Positions 7,971-18,288 of a stretch of 34,698 nucleotides of DNA are shown here, piece by piece. Source of the DNA: Gemmatimonadota bacterium (lineage in GTDB: Bacteria > Gemmatimonadota > Gemmatimonadetes > Longimicrobiales > RSA9); assembly GCA_016207445.1 (NCBI GenBank), contig JACQPS010000220.1, forward strand, positions 1-34,698. The letters run 5' to 3'. A program made the translations under genes and the position numbers. Every line of letters starts with the position of its first letter. Position 1 is the first letter of the stretch. Under the pieces are notes generated by a model that worked only from the letters and a program-made list of their open reading frames with translations, was not told the DNA's origin and did no database searches.

Positions 7971-8605
7971 GACCGGGTCGACTTCGCGTGCCGCCGGTCC
8001 GACGCGGCTTCGAGCTCGACTTCCAGGCGGATGCTGGTGCCGTCGCGCACGAGCAGCGGCCGCTCGTACGGCCGGGTGCGCGGGTGCCAGACGTGTAGCG
8101 CGTAGCGCCCGGCCGGCAGCTGCAACCGGAACCGCCCATCGCGATCCACCACGCTGTGGTAAGGCGTTGGAATAACCAGCACGTAAGCCACCATCTCGGG
8201 GTGGACGTGGCAAAGGATAACGTGGGCACCCGGCTCGGCGAAGGTGTGTTCCCGCCGCTCTCCGCGCGGATACGTGCCCAGATCGAAGCCGCTGCCGGGG
8301 CCTGCCGGCCCGAACACGTTGTGCAGGATTGGATCGCTGTTCCGGAATTGGACACGGCTGCCAGGCAGAACCGGGAGAACACGCGGGACGAAGCGGAGGT
8401 TCACCTGGTCGATCAGATGCGACGTCGGTGGGGGGCGGAGCGCCTCGGCTGCGCCAGTGGGTTCGGCCGGGACCAGGAAGACGACGGCCCCCGTCAGGCG
8501 CACGTTCAACGCGCTGAGCGTGCCCTCGAGCTGCGCCTGCGCGGCAACCCAGCCGGGGAGTGCGAGCAGCCACGCGGCCGATAGAACGACGATGCGCGCT
8601 CGCAT
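7967..8605 (-). CDS. Exported cupredoxin-like / carboxypeptidase-regulatory-like domain protein
   Basis: Signal peptide; RFVPRVL, FRNSDPILHNVF and CHVHPEM (C-x2-H-x2-M). Same architecture as 2035-2724. Confidence 0.7.
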   Translation of the reverse strand: MRARIVVLSAAWLLALPGWVAAQAQLEGTLSALNVRLTGAVVFLVPAEPTGAAEALRPPPTSHLIDQVNLRFVPRVLPVLPGSRVQFRNSDPILHNVFGPAGPGSGFDLGTYPRGERREHTFAEPGAHVILCHVHPEMVAYVLVIPTPYHSVVDRDGRFRLQLPAGRYALHVWHPRTRPYERPLLVRDGTSIRLEVELEAASDRRHAKSTRS

Positions 8606-10002
8606 TATGCCGAGTCGGCGCGTGGCGGCTCGCGCAGCTGGGCGAGCCAGCGGTGAAGTGTGCGTCGGCTCAGACCGGCCGCGCGGGCCGCACGCGTGAC
8701 GTTGCCCCCGTGCTCTTCGAGCAACCGCGTGAGGTACGACGCGTGGAATGCCCGGAGTGCCGCCCCCCGCGCCGCTTCGTACTCTAGGCTCGTCGCCGCC
8801 GCGGGAGCGGATCCGGGCGCGGCCGAGAGCGGGAACCGCAACGTCTCCGGAAGATCGGAGCGCGTGATCCGGCCATCTTCGTCCAGCACGACCAGGCGCT
8901 GGGCCAGGTTCTTCAGCTCCCGAATGTTGCCTGGCCAGGCGTAGCGTTCGAGCAGCTCCCAGACGTCCGGCGACACCTCGGGAACCTCCTTCCCGTGGAG
9001 CTGACCGAACTGGCGCAGAAACGTCTGCAACAGCAACGGGATGTCGCCCCGCCGCTCGCGCAGCGGCGGTACCCGCAGCGGCACGACATTGAGGCGATAG
9101 TAAAGGTCCTGTCGGAAATCTCCCGTCGCCACAGCAGCTTCTAGCTCGATGTTGGTGGCCGCGACCAGCCGGATATCGAGGTCGATCAGCTGAGTGGCGC
9201 CCAGCCGCCGGACCTGCCGCTGCTCGAGCGCCCGAAGCAGCTTCGACTGGAGCGCTGGGGGCAGCTCCGTGAACTCATCGAGGAACACGGTGCCCCCATT
9301 CGCTTCCACCAGGAGACCCTCCTTGCGCGCGACCGCTCCAGTGAAGGCGCCCCGCTCGTAGCCGAACAGTTCACTCTCGAGAAGGCCCTCGGGGAGCGCT
9401 GCGCAGTCCACCGCTATGAACGCGCGGCCCTTGCGCGCGCTATTCGCATGCACGCAGCGTGCGATCAGCTCCTTGCCCGTGCCGCTTTCGCCCGAAATCA
9501 AGACATTCGCGTCCGTGGGCGCCACCTTCCGGACGCGGTCCATGAGCCGGACCATCATAGGGCTCGTCGAGCCGATCACCCCGTCGAAGCTGAGCGTTTG
9601 GCCTACCTGCTCCCGCAGAGCCCGATTCTCGACCCGCAGCCCGCGGTAGCGAACGGCGCGCTCGACGGCCACGGCCAGCTGCTCGCCCGCGAACGGTTTG
9701 GCCAGGTAATCAAAAGCCCCTTCGCGCATCGCCTGCACCGCGGAAGCGAGGCTCGCGTATGCCGTGATGACGACAACGGGCAAGTCCGGGTCGTCGGCCA
9801 GCGCCACGGCCAGCAGGGTCATACCGTCGACATCAGGGAGGCGGAGATCGAGAAGCAGGACGTCGGGGCGCGAATCCGCCAGCACCGCGCGGAGCTGCTT
9901 CGCTTCGGCAAGGCCGACGCAGACATGCCCCTCGCGCTCGAGCAGCCTCCGGCAATTCTCGAGCATCGCGGGCTCGTCGTCTACAATCAGGATATGCGCC
10001 AT
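8605..10002 (-). CDS. Sigma54-dependent response regulator (NtrC/ZraR family: REC-AAA+-Fis HTH)
   Basis: Starts MAHILIVDDE (GGAGG RBS). GESGTGKE, GAFTGA, GTVFLDE, WPGNIRELKN and C-terminal GNVTRAARAAGLSRRTL. Confidence 0.92.
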   Translation of the reverse strand: MAHILIVDDEPAMLENCRRLLEREGHVCVGLAEAKQLRAVLADSRPDVLLLDLRLPDVDGMTLLAVALADDPDLPVVVITAYASLASAVQAMREGAFDYLAKPFAGEQLAVAVERAVRYRGLRVENRALREQVGQTLSFDGVIGSTSPMMVRLMDRVRKVAPTDANVLISGESGTGKELIARCVHANSARKGRAFIAVDCAALPEGLLESELFGYERGAFTGAVARKEGLLVEANGGTVFLDEFTELPPALQSKLLRALEQRQVRRLGATQLIDLDIRLVAATNIELEAAVATGDFRQDLYYRLNVVPLRVPPLRERRGDIPLLLQTFLRQFGQLHGKEVPEVSPDVWELLERYAWPGNIRELKNLAQRLVVLDEDGRITRSDLPETLRFPLSAAPGSAPAAATSLEYEAARGAALRAFHASYLTRLLEEHGGNVTRAARAAGLSRRTLHRWLAQLREPPRADSA

Positions 10003-12278
10003 GCCGCCTCGAAGGAGGTCGCGGGGAATTCCACGGTGAACCGACTGCCGGTCGGGCCGCTGTCCACCCGAATTTGCCCGTGGTACCGCTCCACGATGCT
10101 GCGGCAGACGGCCAGACCCAGGCCGGTCCCGCCCCTCGGCCCCTTGGTCGTGAAGAACGGTTCGAAGATCCTCCCTCGCAGCTCGAGCGGAATTCCCGAA
10201 CCGCGGTCCTGGACCTCGAGCTCCACCGCCTGGGCACCGCGTGCGGCGCAGACGCGGAGAGCCACCGTCGCCCCCGTAGGGCTGGCATCCGCGGCGTTGA
10301 GCAGGAGGTTCATGCAAACGGTTTCGAGGGCGTTCGCGCTGCCGTGCATGGTCGGGACCGCGCCATCGGTGAACACCTCGAGCGCCAGACCCCGGGCGGC
10401 GAATGTCCGCTCGAGGAGGGCAGAGACTTTCCTGGCGACCTCGGCGAGGTCGATGGGCCCCGCCTCGTCGGGAGTCTCGTCGGCGAAGCGCAGCAGGTCC
10501 TCTGTCAGCGACCGAAGCCGGGCGATGTGGTCCCGCAGGACGGCCAGGTCGGCGTCTAGGATGCACTCGCCGCACCGCTCCCGGGCATCGCGCTCCATGC
10601 ACTCGACCCGGTTGGTCAGGATGGCCAGCGGGTTGTTCAACTCATGGGCGAGGCCCGCGGCCATGACGCTCGTCGCCGCAAGGCGCTCCGATCGGCGCAG
10701 CTGCTCCTCCAGCCTGGCGTGGAGCGTGTTGTCGCGCACGATCAGCGACGAGCCCAGCAGCTGCCCGTCATCACTTCGAATGACGGTCTGCGTCAGGCTC
10801 ACGGCGATCTGCCGGCCATCCTTTCGCCGCCGTGTCGTCTGGTAGTTCGCCACGGCGCCCTTTCGCGCGAGCTCGCGCGTGAGCCACGCCTGCTCCCGCG
10901 TCATTTCGCCCGTGGTCGACTGGAGAAGCTCGGCCGCTTCACGTCCGAGTACCTCCGCGGCCGAGTACCCGAACAGGTCCTCGGCGCCCCGGTTCCACAC
11001 GCGAACACGACCATTGACATCCAGCCCCACGATCGCATCCGCTGAATGCGCGAGCAGGTCGGCCAGCTCAGCGTGCTTCTCGCGCAGCGCGCGCGTCCGC
11101 TCCTGCACGAGGTCTTCCAGCCGTTTCCGGTAGGCCGTGAGCGCTTCGGCCATCGCCGAGAAATCGGTCGCCAGGTCTTCCAGCTCGTCGTTCGTGGCCA
11201 CGTGAAGTGGTTCGGCGGCGCCTTCGCGCTCGAGGCGTCGCGCGGCCTGCTGGATCTGGTAGATGGGGCGAGTGAACTGCCGCGCGGCCAGCACCGCCAA
11301 TCCCAGCACCAGCACGAGCAAGCTGACGCCCACGACCGCCACCCAGCGGAGGTATCTGTTCACCGGGGCCTGAACGACGCGTAGGGGCAACGCTCGGTAC
11401 AGCGTCATCGGCCCGATGGCCGGATTGTCCAGCGCGAGCCGGGCGTAGCTCACGATCCGGCCATCCTCGAGGGACAGCGTTCCGCTACCGGCGAGCACGG
11501 CCGCGGCGGCCTCGGCCGGAAGATCTCGGCGCAGGTTCGCCTCGGCCCGCATCGCGAGCAAGCTCGACCAGTCCCGCTTGCGCGTCGAGTGGTAGAGGTA
11601 ACGCCCAGCGGAATCCACCAGCCCCGTTGCGCTGGGCATGTGTGGTGAGGCGACCTCCAGACCCGCGAAGAGGGCCGATGCGCGCGCCTCGCCGACCACG
11701 GCGCCGCGCAACGATTCCGCCTCCCACACCGGAATCAGAATCGCGATCGCCGGGAGGCGGGCTGCGGGATCGAGCTGCGTGTCTGCCCGAAGCTCCACCG
11801 GGATGATCAGCCGTCGCCCCGGCTTCGTCGAGCGGGCGCGCCAGAGGTAGTATGCCCCTTCCGCTTCGCTGGGCTCGGCGAGGGTGTCGGCGGACGAGGC
11901 GCGGCCCCGGAAGAGCACGTTCCCGGTGGCATCGACGAGTTTGACCTGGTAGAGGTGCCGCTTCTGACCGAGGAGCCCCGAGACGAATCCGCGGGTCTCC
12001 GACCAGCGCGACTCGCCGGGTGAATCGAGCAATGGCGCCAGCAGCGCCGCCAGGTAGGCTACGTCCTGCTCGGTCTGTTCCAGCGCGCGCTCGGTCTGCG
12101 TGCGGGCCAGCTCCAGATCATGCACCAGCGTCGCCTCCGCAGTTGCGCGCAGGTGCCCCACCGTGGCTCGCGTGACAATGGCGCCGGCAATGGCGAGAGG
12201 GCCGAGCGCCAGCAACGCGAACGCGATCGCCAGCTTGGTGGCGATCGTGAGGCGGGGAAACAGCTTATTGAGGTTCAC
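9987..12278 (-). CDS. Sensor histidine kinase (periplasmic Cache-like, HAMP, PAS, HisKA, HATPase)
   Basis: Two TMs; HAMP (NDELEDLA); PAS (WNRGAEDLFGYSAAEVLG); H-box AHELNNPL; NLLLNA, DRGSGI, FFTTK, GTGLGL. Overlaps the regulator start. Confidence 0.92.
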   Translation of the reverse strand: MNLNKLFPRLTIATKLAIAFALLALGPLAIAGAIVTRATVGHLRATAEATLVHDLELARTQTERALEQTEQDVAYLAALLAPLLDSPGESRWSETRGFVSGLLGQKRHLYQVKLVDATGNVLFRGRASSADTLAEPSEAEGAYYLWRARSTKPGRRLIIPVELRADTQLDPAARLPAIAILIPVWEAESLRGAVVGEARASALFAGLEVASPHMPSATGLVDSAGRYLYHSTRKRDWSSLLAMRAEANLRRDLPAEAAAAVLAGSGTLSLEDGRIVSYARLALDNPAIGPMTLYRALPLRVVQAPVNRYLRWVAVVGVSLLVLVLGLAVLAARQFTRPIYQIQQAARRLEREGAAEPLHVATNDELEDLATDFSAMAEALTAYRKRLEDLVQERTRALREKHAELADLLAHSADAIVGLDVNGRVRVWNRGAEDLFGYSAAEVLGREAAELLQSTTGEMTREQAWLTRELARKGAVANYQTTRRRKDGRQIAVSLTQTVIRSDDGQLLGSSLIVRDNTLHARLEEQLRRSERLAATSVMAAGLAHELNNPLAILTNRVECMERDARERCGECILDADLAVLRDHIARLRSLTEDLLRFADETPDEAGPIDLAEVARKVSALLERTFAARGLALEVFTDGAVPTMHGSANALETVCMNLLLNAADASPTGATVALRVCAARGAQAVELEVQDRGSGIPLELRGRIFEPFFTTKGPRGGTGLGLAVCRSIVERYHGQIRVDSGPTGSRFTVEFPATSFEAAWRIS

Positions 12279-12367
12279 GGCCCCACCGAGTCAAGGACGA
12301 GGCAATGCGACCGGCCCTCGAGGGGCCGCGAGGCCCGACCGAGGGCTTTCCACTGTCGCCCGGCCAG

Positions 12368-12892
12368 CTACGTGCGCGGGACGATCGCTTCGAGTTCCTC
12401 CAGCCGATCCTGGCGGCGAACCTCTTCGCGCAGGCGCGGGTGCACGAACCAGAGATATCCCCCCATGCCCACGGCCGCCAGGAGGTTCGCGCCGCCGACC
12501 GCCCACCAGGGGAATGCGCTGGCGATGGGCGTGGCCAGGGCGAGCAGCATGCCGTACGTCAGCAAGACGAAGGCGAGCGCCAGGAAGAAGACCGCGTAAA
12601 AGAGCTGAGGGTGGTGCTCGATCTCGAATACGAGCGCGGCCGCGACGGTGCCGAGCAGCAGGAACGCGATCAGATGCACGCCGTTGTAGGCCAGGATGGG
12701 ACCGGGCTCGATCACCACCTGCGTCGGATCCGCGAGGCCGTAGAAGAGCGCCTCGCCGAGCAGCGCCGGCGTGTAAAAGGGGGAATGGCCCGCGATCACG
12801 TTGACCGCGGCAAAGAAAAGGGCGACGCCGGCGTACCCGATGGCGCCGGCGATGAGCCCCTCCACGAAGATGCGTTCGCGTTCCGGCTTCAT
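12368..12892 (-). CDS. Hypothetical 4-TM membrane protein
   Basis: GGAGGGG RBS; four hydrophobic segments; lies in the tonB-kinase gene run. Confidence 0.65.
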   Translation of the reverse strand: MKPERERIFVEGLIAGAIGYAGVALFFAAVNVIAGHSPFYTPALLGEALFYGLADPTQVVIEPGPILAYNGVHLIAFLLLGTVAAALVFEIEHHPQLFYAVFFLALAFVLLTYGMLLALATPIASAFPWWAVGGANLLAAVGMGGYLWFVHPRLREEVRRQDRLEELEAIVPRT

Positions 12893-12928
12893 GCTCCCCT
12901 CCGGTGCAGGTGGCCGAGTCTGTGCCGC

Positions 12929-13720
12929 TCAGAGAGGCTTGAACGTGACGGGAAGCGCGACCCACACGGGGACGCGGCGATCGCGGTTCTGGGCCGGGCT
13001 GAAGCGCATGATCTCGGCGACGCCGAGCGCGGCCCGATCCAGCGCTTCGAAACCGCTGCTCGTGTGGACTCGCGCGTTCTTCACTCGGCCCGTCTCGTCG
13101 ATGAAGAACCAGACCACGACCTGCCCGCCGATGCCCGCATCACGCAGTACCGGCGGATAGGATCTCTGCAGCGCGGCCTGCGTTTCCTTCCGGTTGAGCA
13201 GCTCGGGCGCGACCGTATAAGGCGTGAAGACCGGTGCCGCCGAGAGGTCCTCGCCCGGGACGGGCGGCGGCGGCAGGTTCTCGATGGGGTTTTCCTCGAA
13301 TGTCGTCGGCGCGATGGTGATGTCTTCCTCGATTGCGGCCTCCGCCACGATGGGGGTGGCCGGCCGCGCGACGTGCTCGGGCGGCGGCGGGATCTCGATC
13401 TCGGGCGGCAGCTCCACCGTCTCCAGCTCGGAGGCCGCGAACGAGATGTCGGCTGCCCGCATCTCCGGCCAGTAGCGGAACAGCAGGAAGTGCAGCAGGG
13501 CGGCGATCGCGATCGAGATCCAGAAGAAGCTCTCCGCGCGCTGCTTGAACCGGTCGTGCGCGGTCACCGGCTGCGCGGCACGCACCGCGATCGGGGGAGT
13601 CGACGTCGTCGTCGCCGCGATCCCGGCAAGCGCAGGCGCCGCCGCCGTCTCGGTATACGGAGGCGCTGCTGCGCCCTGCGGCGGGGCGTCCTTCTGGGCT
13701 CTGGCAGCAGTCGCAGGCAT
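12929..13720 (-). CDS. tonB: Energy transducer TonB family protein
   Basis: TM with His (AALLH), Pro/Glu-rich linker, and a TonB-C domain YPPVLRDAGIGGQVVVWFFIDETG...SSGFEALDRAA...FSPA. Start uncertain (13720 or 13792). Confidence 0.8.
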   Translation of the reverse strand: MPATAARAQKDAPPQGAAAPPYTETAAAPALAGIAATTTSTPPIAVRAAQPVTAHDRFKQRAESFFWISIAIAALLHFLLFRYWPEMRAADISFAASELETVELPPEIEIPPPPEHVARPATPIVAEAAIEEDITIAPTTFEENPIENLPPPPVPGEDLSAAPVFTPYTVAPELLNRKETQAALQRSYPPVLRDAGIGGQVVVWFFIDETGRVKNARVHTSSGFEALDRAALGVAEIMRFSPAQNRDRRVPVWVALPVTFKPL

Positions 13721-13801
13721 GTCGGCTACCGGACCGGCCTTGCCAATCCGCCCGCGAGCGCCGGGCGGCCCAAGGAGGGGGCCGCCCGGCACTGGCCGTG
13801 A

Positions 13802-15151
13802 TTACGATACGCCATACGTGTCCTTCAGCGCCTGAATGGAGGCATTCAGCAACGCCTCCAGCAGGAACGGATTGTGAACCCCGCGCGAGCCATCTTCGGC
13901 CAGCAAGCTGGCGTTGAATTTGGCGCCCTCGCCCACGGTGATCTTGCCGTCATTCGTCTTGAACTCGGTGGCGGGCACCTTCGCCACCAAACGGTTCACC
14001 TCGGCCGTGAGCGCCTGCATGCGGGATTCCAGGGTCAGCGTGGCCGACCGCGCAGCAGCCTCCGAGCCGTGGCAACCGCCGACGGCGCAGGAGCGGAAGC
14101 TGCGCTGGCTCACCTCGCAGTCGCCCGGCGTCGGTTTCCCCTCGGCATCGAGGCAGGGGATCGCCTTGAAGAGGTGTCCCGTGGCCTGAAAGGCGAAATT
14201 GCCCGTCGCCTGGTCCGTCACCGTGAAGCCGTCGACGTGGCAGCCCGCGCACAGCTTGGCGTTCCGCTCGCTGCCGTGAGTCGCGATTAGCCTGGTGGTA
14301 TCGAAGACGAAGTTGGGCGGCCGCCAGCCGGCGTCGCCCAGCAGCATGGGGCCCTGCGGCGAGTGGGCGCCGCGCGGGGTGGTCGGATCCGGCTCGGAGC
14401 GCTTGTGATGGCAACGGATGCAAAGGTTCTGCTCCGGGTCCGGCGCATCGATGGCGAAGCGGAGCTGCCCCGCGTTGGCCGAGCCGTGCGGGTCGTGGCA
14501 AACCGAGCAGGTGATGCCGTACAGCTTGCCGTCGGACTTCTCCAGGTACTCGGCCGTCTCGCCGAAGGCCTGGAGGGCCGTCTTGCCTTCGTGGCAGCTC
14601 AGGCAGGCTGCGGAGGTGGCGTGCTCGTTGAACCTCGCGTGCGCTGACTGGGACCACTCCTCCACGAAGCGGTGCGTGTCCTGGTGGCACTCGCCGCACC
14701 CGGTCGCGGTGTCCACGGCGAAGCCCGCCAGCGGCTGCGTCGCGTCCGGGTTCTGCACGTGCGTCAGCCCCGCGCCGTGGCAGCTCTCGCACTGCACATC
14801 GTGGTAGCGGGTGTCGCCGGTCGCCGTGTAGGCGACGGACGTCGTCGCCGCGTTCCCCCGCTGACTCACCGTGTGGCAGTCGTTGCACAACGGCTGGGCG
14901 CTGCCGCTGGCCTGGAGATCAGCCCAAGCCTGAGCGTGCGCCGATTCCTGCCACCAGCTCTGCTGCCCGACGTGGCAGTTGCCGCACACCGCCAGTTTTT
15001 CCTCCTGCTTGCTGTAGCCCAGGAAGCCTGCCGCCGCATCGGGCGGATCCTCGTATGCGGGGAAGTCCCGGTAGATGATGTCCTCATCGACGCAGCCAAC
15101 CAGGACCCCAGCCGCCACGAGCAGGCCCAGGGCCCGAATCTCTCGACGCAT
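13802..15151 (-). CDS. Multiheme cytochrome c lipoprotein (8 CXXCH + 1 CX4CH)
   Basis: GAGGAGG RBS; lipobox LVGC; CGNCH, CNDCH, CESCH, CGECH, CLSCH, CSVCH, CIRCH, CAGCH and CAVGGCH; helical C-terminus with DGSRGVHNP. Confidence 0.88.
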   Translation of the reverse strand: MRREIRALGLLVAAGVLVGCVDEDIIYRDFPAYEDPPDAAAGFLGYSKQEEKLAVCGNCHVGQQSWWQESAHAQAWADLQASGSAQPLCNDCHTVSQRGNAATTSVAYTATGDTRYHDVQCESCHGAGLTHVQNPDATQPLAGFAVDTATGCGECHQDTHRFVEEWSQSAHARFNEHATSAACLSCHEGKTALQAFGETAEYLEKSDGKLYGITCSVCHDPHGSANAGQLRFAIDAPDPEQNLCIRCHHKRSEPDPTTPRGAHSPQGPMLLGDAGWRPPNFVFDTTRLIATHGSERNAKLCAGCHVDGFTVTDQATGNFAFQATGHLFKAIPCLDAEGKPTPGDCEVSQRSFRSCAVGGCHGSEAAARSATLTLESRMQALTAEVNRLVAKVPATEFKTNDGKITVGEGAKFNASLLAEDGSRGVHNPFLLEALLNASIQALKDTYGVS

Positions 15152-15416
15152 CTCCACCCTCCTCAGTGGACGCGCCCGCGCTCTCGCATCGACTCCACAC
15201 GCCGCAACGGCGCTGGCCACTCGCTCGCGTTCGGGTTCTTACCGACTGCCGGGCGACGCGCCCGGCTGCCGCCCATTAAGAAGGTGAAGGAGGGGGCTAC
15301 TTTCGGGCCGGGGCGCCCGCGCAGTGCCGCGGGGGCCGCAATGCTCGCAACGCTCAACGGGGCAATGAGTTAGCTCGTGTGGACGCGCGCACGGGCGCGG
15401 GGACCTTCCCGCCGCC

Positions 15417-15433
15417 TGGGGCAACGTGTCCCA
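15417..15433. promoter_or_regulatory. Dyad TGGGGCA-ACG-TGTCCCA upstream of the multiheme cytochrome gene
   Basis: Near-perfect 7-3-7 inverted repeat resembling the 1904-2000 sites; CAATGAGTTA at 15363-15372. Confidence 0.35.
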
Positions 15434-15499
15434 GGCGTGTGGCGCTTGTGTGCCGGAGCGCGCGCTCCGCGCCGGCCGGTCCGCCCTCGAGAGCGGCCT

Positions 15500-15994
15500 T
15501 CAGCCGCCGCGTGCCAGGCGGGCGGCCGCGATGGCGATGACCAGGCCCAGGAGCGCGCTCATGCGCGCGAGCCAGGCAGCACGGCCGCGGAGGCGGAGCG
15601 CCTCTGGACTGTCCGGCACGGCCCGACCGGCGGCGGGCCCCCAGCGGAAGTCGTGCAACGCCTGAATCACGAGCATGCCGCCGACCGCGCCGAGCTTCCA
15701 GGCAAGGGCCCGACCATAGGGCGTGGCCCAGAAGGCGGCGCTGCCCAACACTTCCGTGCTCAGCAGTCCGCGGAAATGGAGGTTGGCCGTGCCGGTCGCG
15801 AGCAGCACGGCGAGCGCGATCCAGCCGACCAGCCGGAACCGTTCCCCCAGCCGCTTGAACAGCTCGGCGCGGAGCGCAGGGGGTTCGACCCTGCGGAGCA
15901 CGGGCGCGCCCACGAGGGCCAGGAAGAAGAGGCCGCCCAGCCACAGCAGCGCGGCCAGCAGATGGAGCGTCACATTCGCATGATAGAGCGACAT
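15500..15994 (-). CDS. CopD/DUF4149-like membrane protein
   Basis: TLHLLAALLWLGGLFF and TPYGRALAWKL motifs; four TM segments; second His in ALHDF. Confidence 0.7.
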   Translation of the reverse strand: MSLYHANVTLHLLAALLWLGGLFFLALVGAPVLRRVEPPALRAELFKRLGERFRLVGWIALAVLLATGTANLHFRGLLSTEVLGSAAFWATPYGRALAWKLGAVGGMLVIQALHDFRWGPAAGRAVPDSPEALRLRGRAAWLARMSALLGLVIAIAAARLARGG

Positions 15995-16110
15995 GGTTTT
16001 CGGTCCGCGGTTCAGGATTCGACTGGCCCACCCATCGCACGCGCCGCGATCCGCCCCGCGCCGCTATGGCGCGGCCCGGCGCGCGCGTCCAGCCTTCGGC
16101 CGGAACGACC

Positions 16111-17887
<1,777 letters not shown>

Positions 17888-17952
17888 CGGGCCGACAGGT
17901 AGATAGTTGCGTGCACTTCAACTGACTTCGAGCACGCGGCCGCACAGGGGGA

Positions 17953-17981
17953 TTGACGCTCCCCGAGGGGCGCGTTAGCGT
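17953..17981 (+). promoter_or_regulatory. Sigma70-type internal promoter
   Basis: TTGACG-N17-TAGCGT between gap and the small Zn-ribbon gene. Confidence 0.5.
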
Positions 17982-18087
17982 CCATCCGGTGCCCCCCGCA
18001 GCTCGCATGCGCGGGGCGGACGGCCGGGTCGGCGCGAGGAAGGGCCGGCGGCTGCGCAGGTCGCTCATCCCGAACGGGAGGAGTGCC

Positions 18088-18288
18088 ATGGCCGACTACA
18101 GAGAAACGCAGTACGGCACGTACCGCTGTCCCGTGTGCGGCCACCGGGATGGAGCAGAGGTGAGGGGGGACGAGCCGCACGCGCTGGTGGTCTGCAGCTA
18201 CTGTGAGACGCCGCTCGAGGTCTGGGCGCGTGGCCCGGATTCCGTGCGCTTTTCGGTGCAGGTCGCGGAAGGGTCGGCGGCGAGGTAA
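18088..18288 (+). CDS. Small zinc-ribbon protein (66 aa)
   Basis: GGAGGAG RBS; CPVC...CSYC; stop overlaps the next ATG (TAATG). Confidence 0.65.
   Translation: MADYRETQYGTYRCPVCGHRDGAEVRGDEPHALVVCSYCETPLEVWARGPDSVRFSVQVAEGSAAR

Noticed and set aside
13802-15151. NrfA nitrite reductase call
   Set aside because: No CXXCK motif, and the heme number differs from pentaheme NrfA.
15204-15219. Sigma54 promoter TGGC...TTGC upstream of the multiheme gene
   Set aside because: Spacing is GG-N11-GC, one base too long for the strict -24/-12 requirement.
1-16000. Mobile element or prophage origin for the redox island
   Set aside because: No integrase, transposase, att-like repeats or obvious compositional shift are visible in the window.
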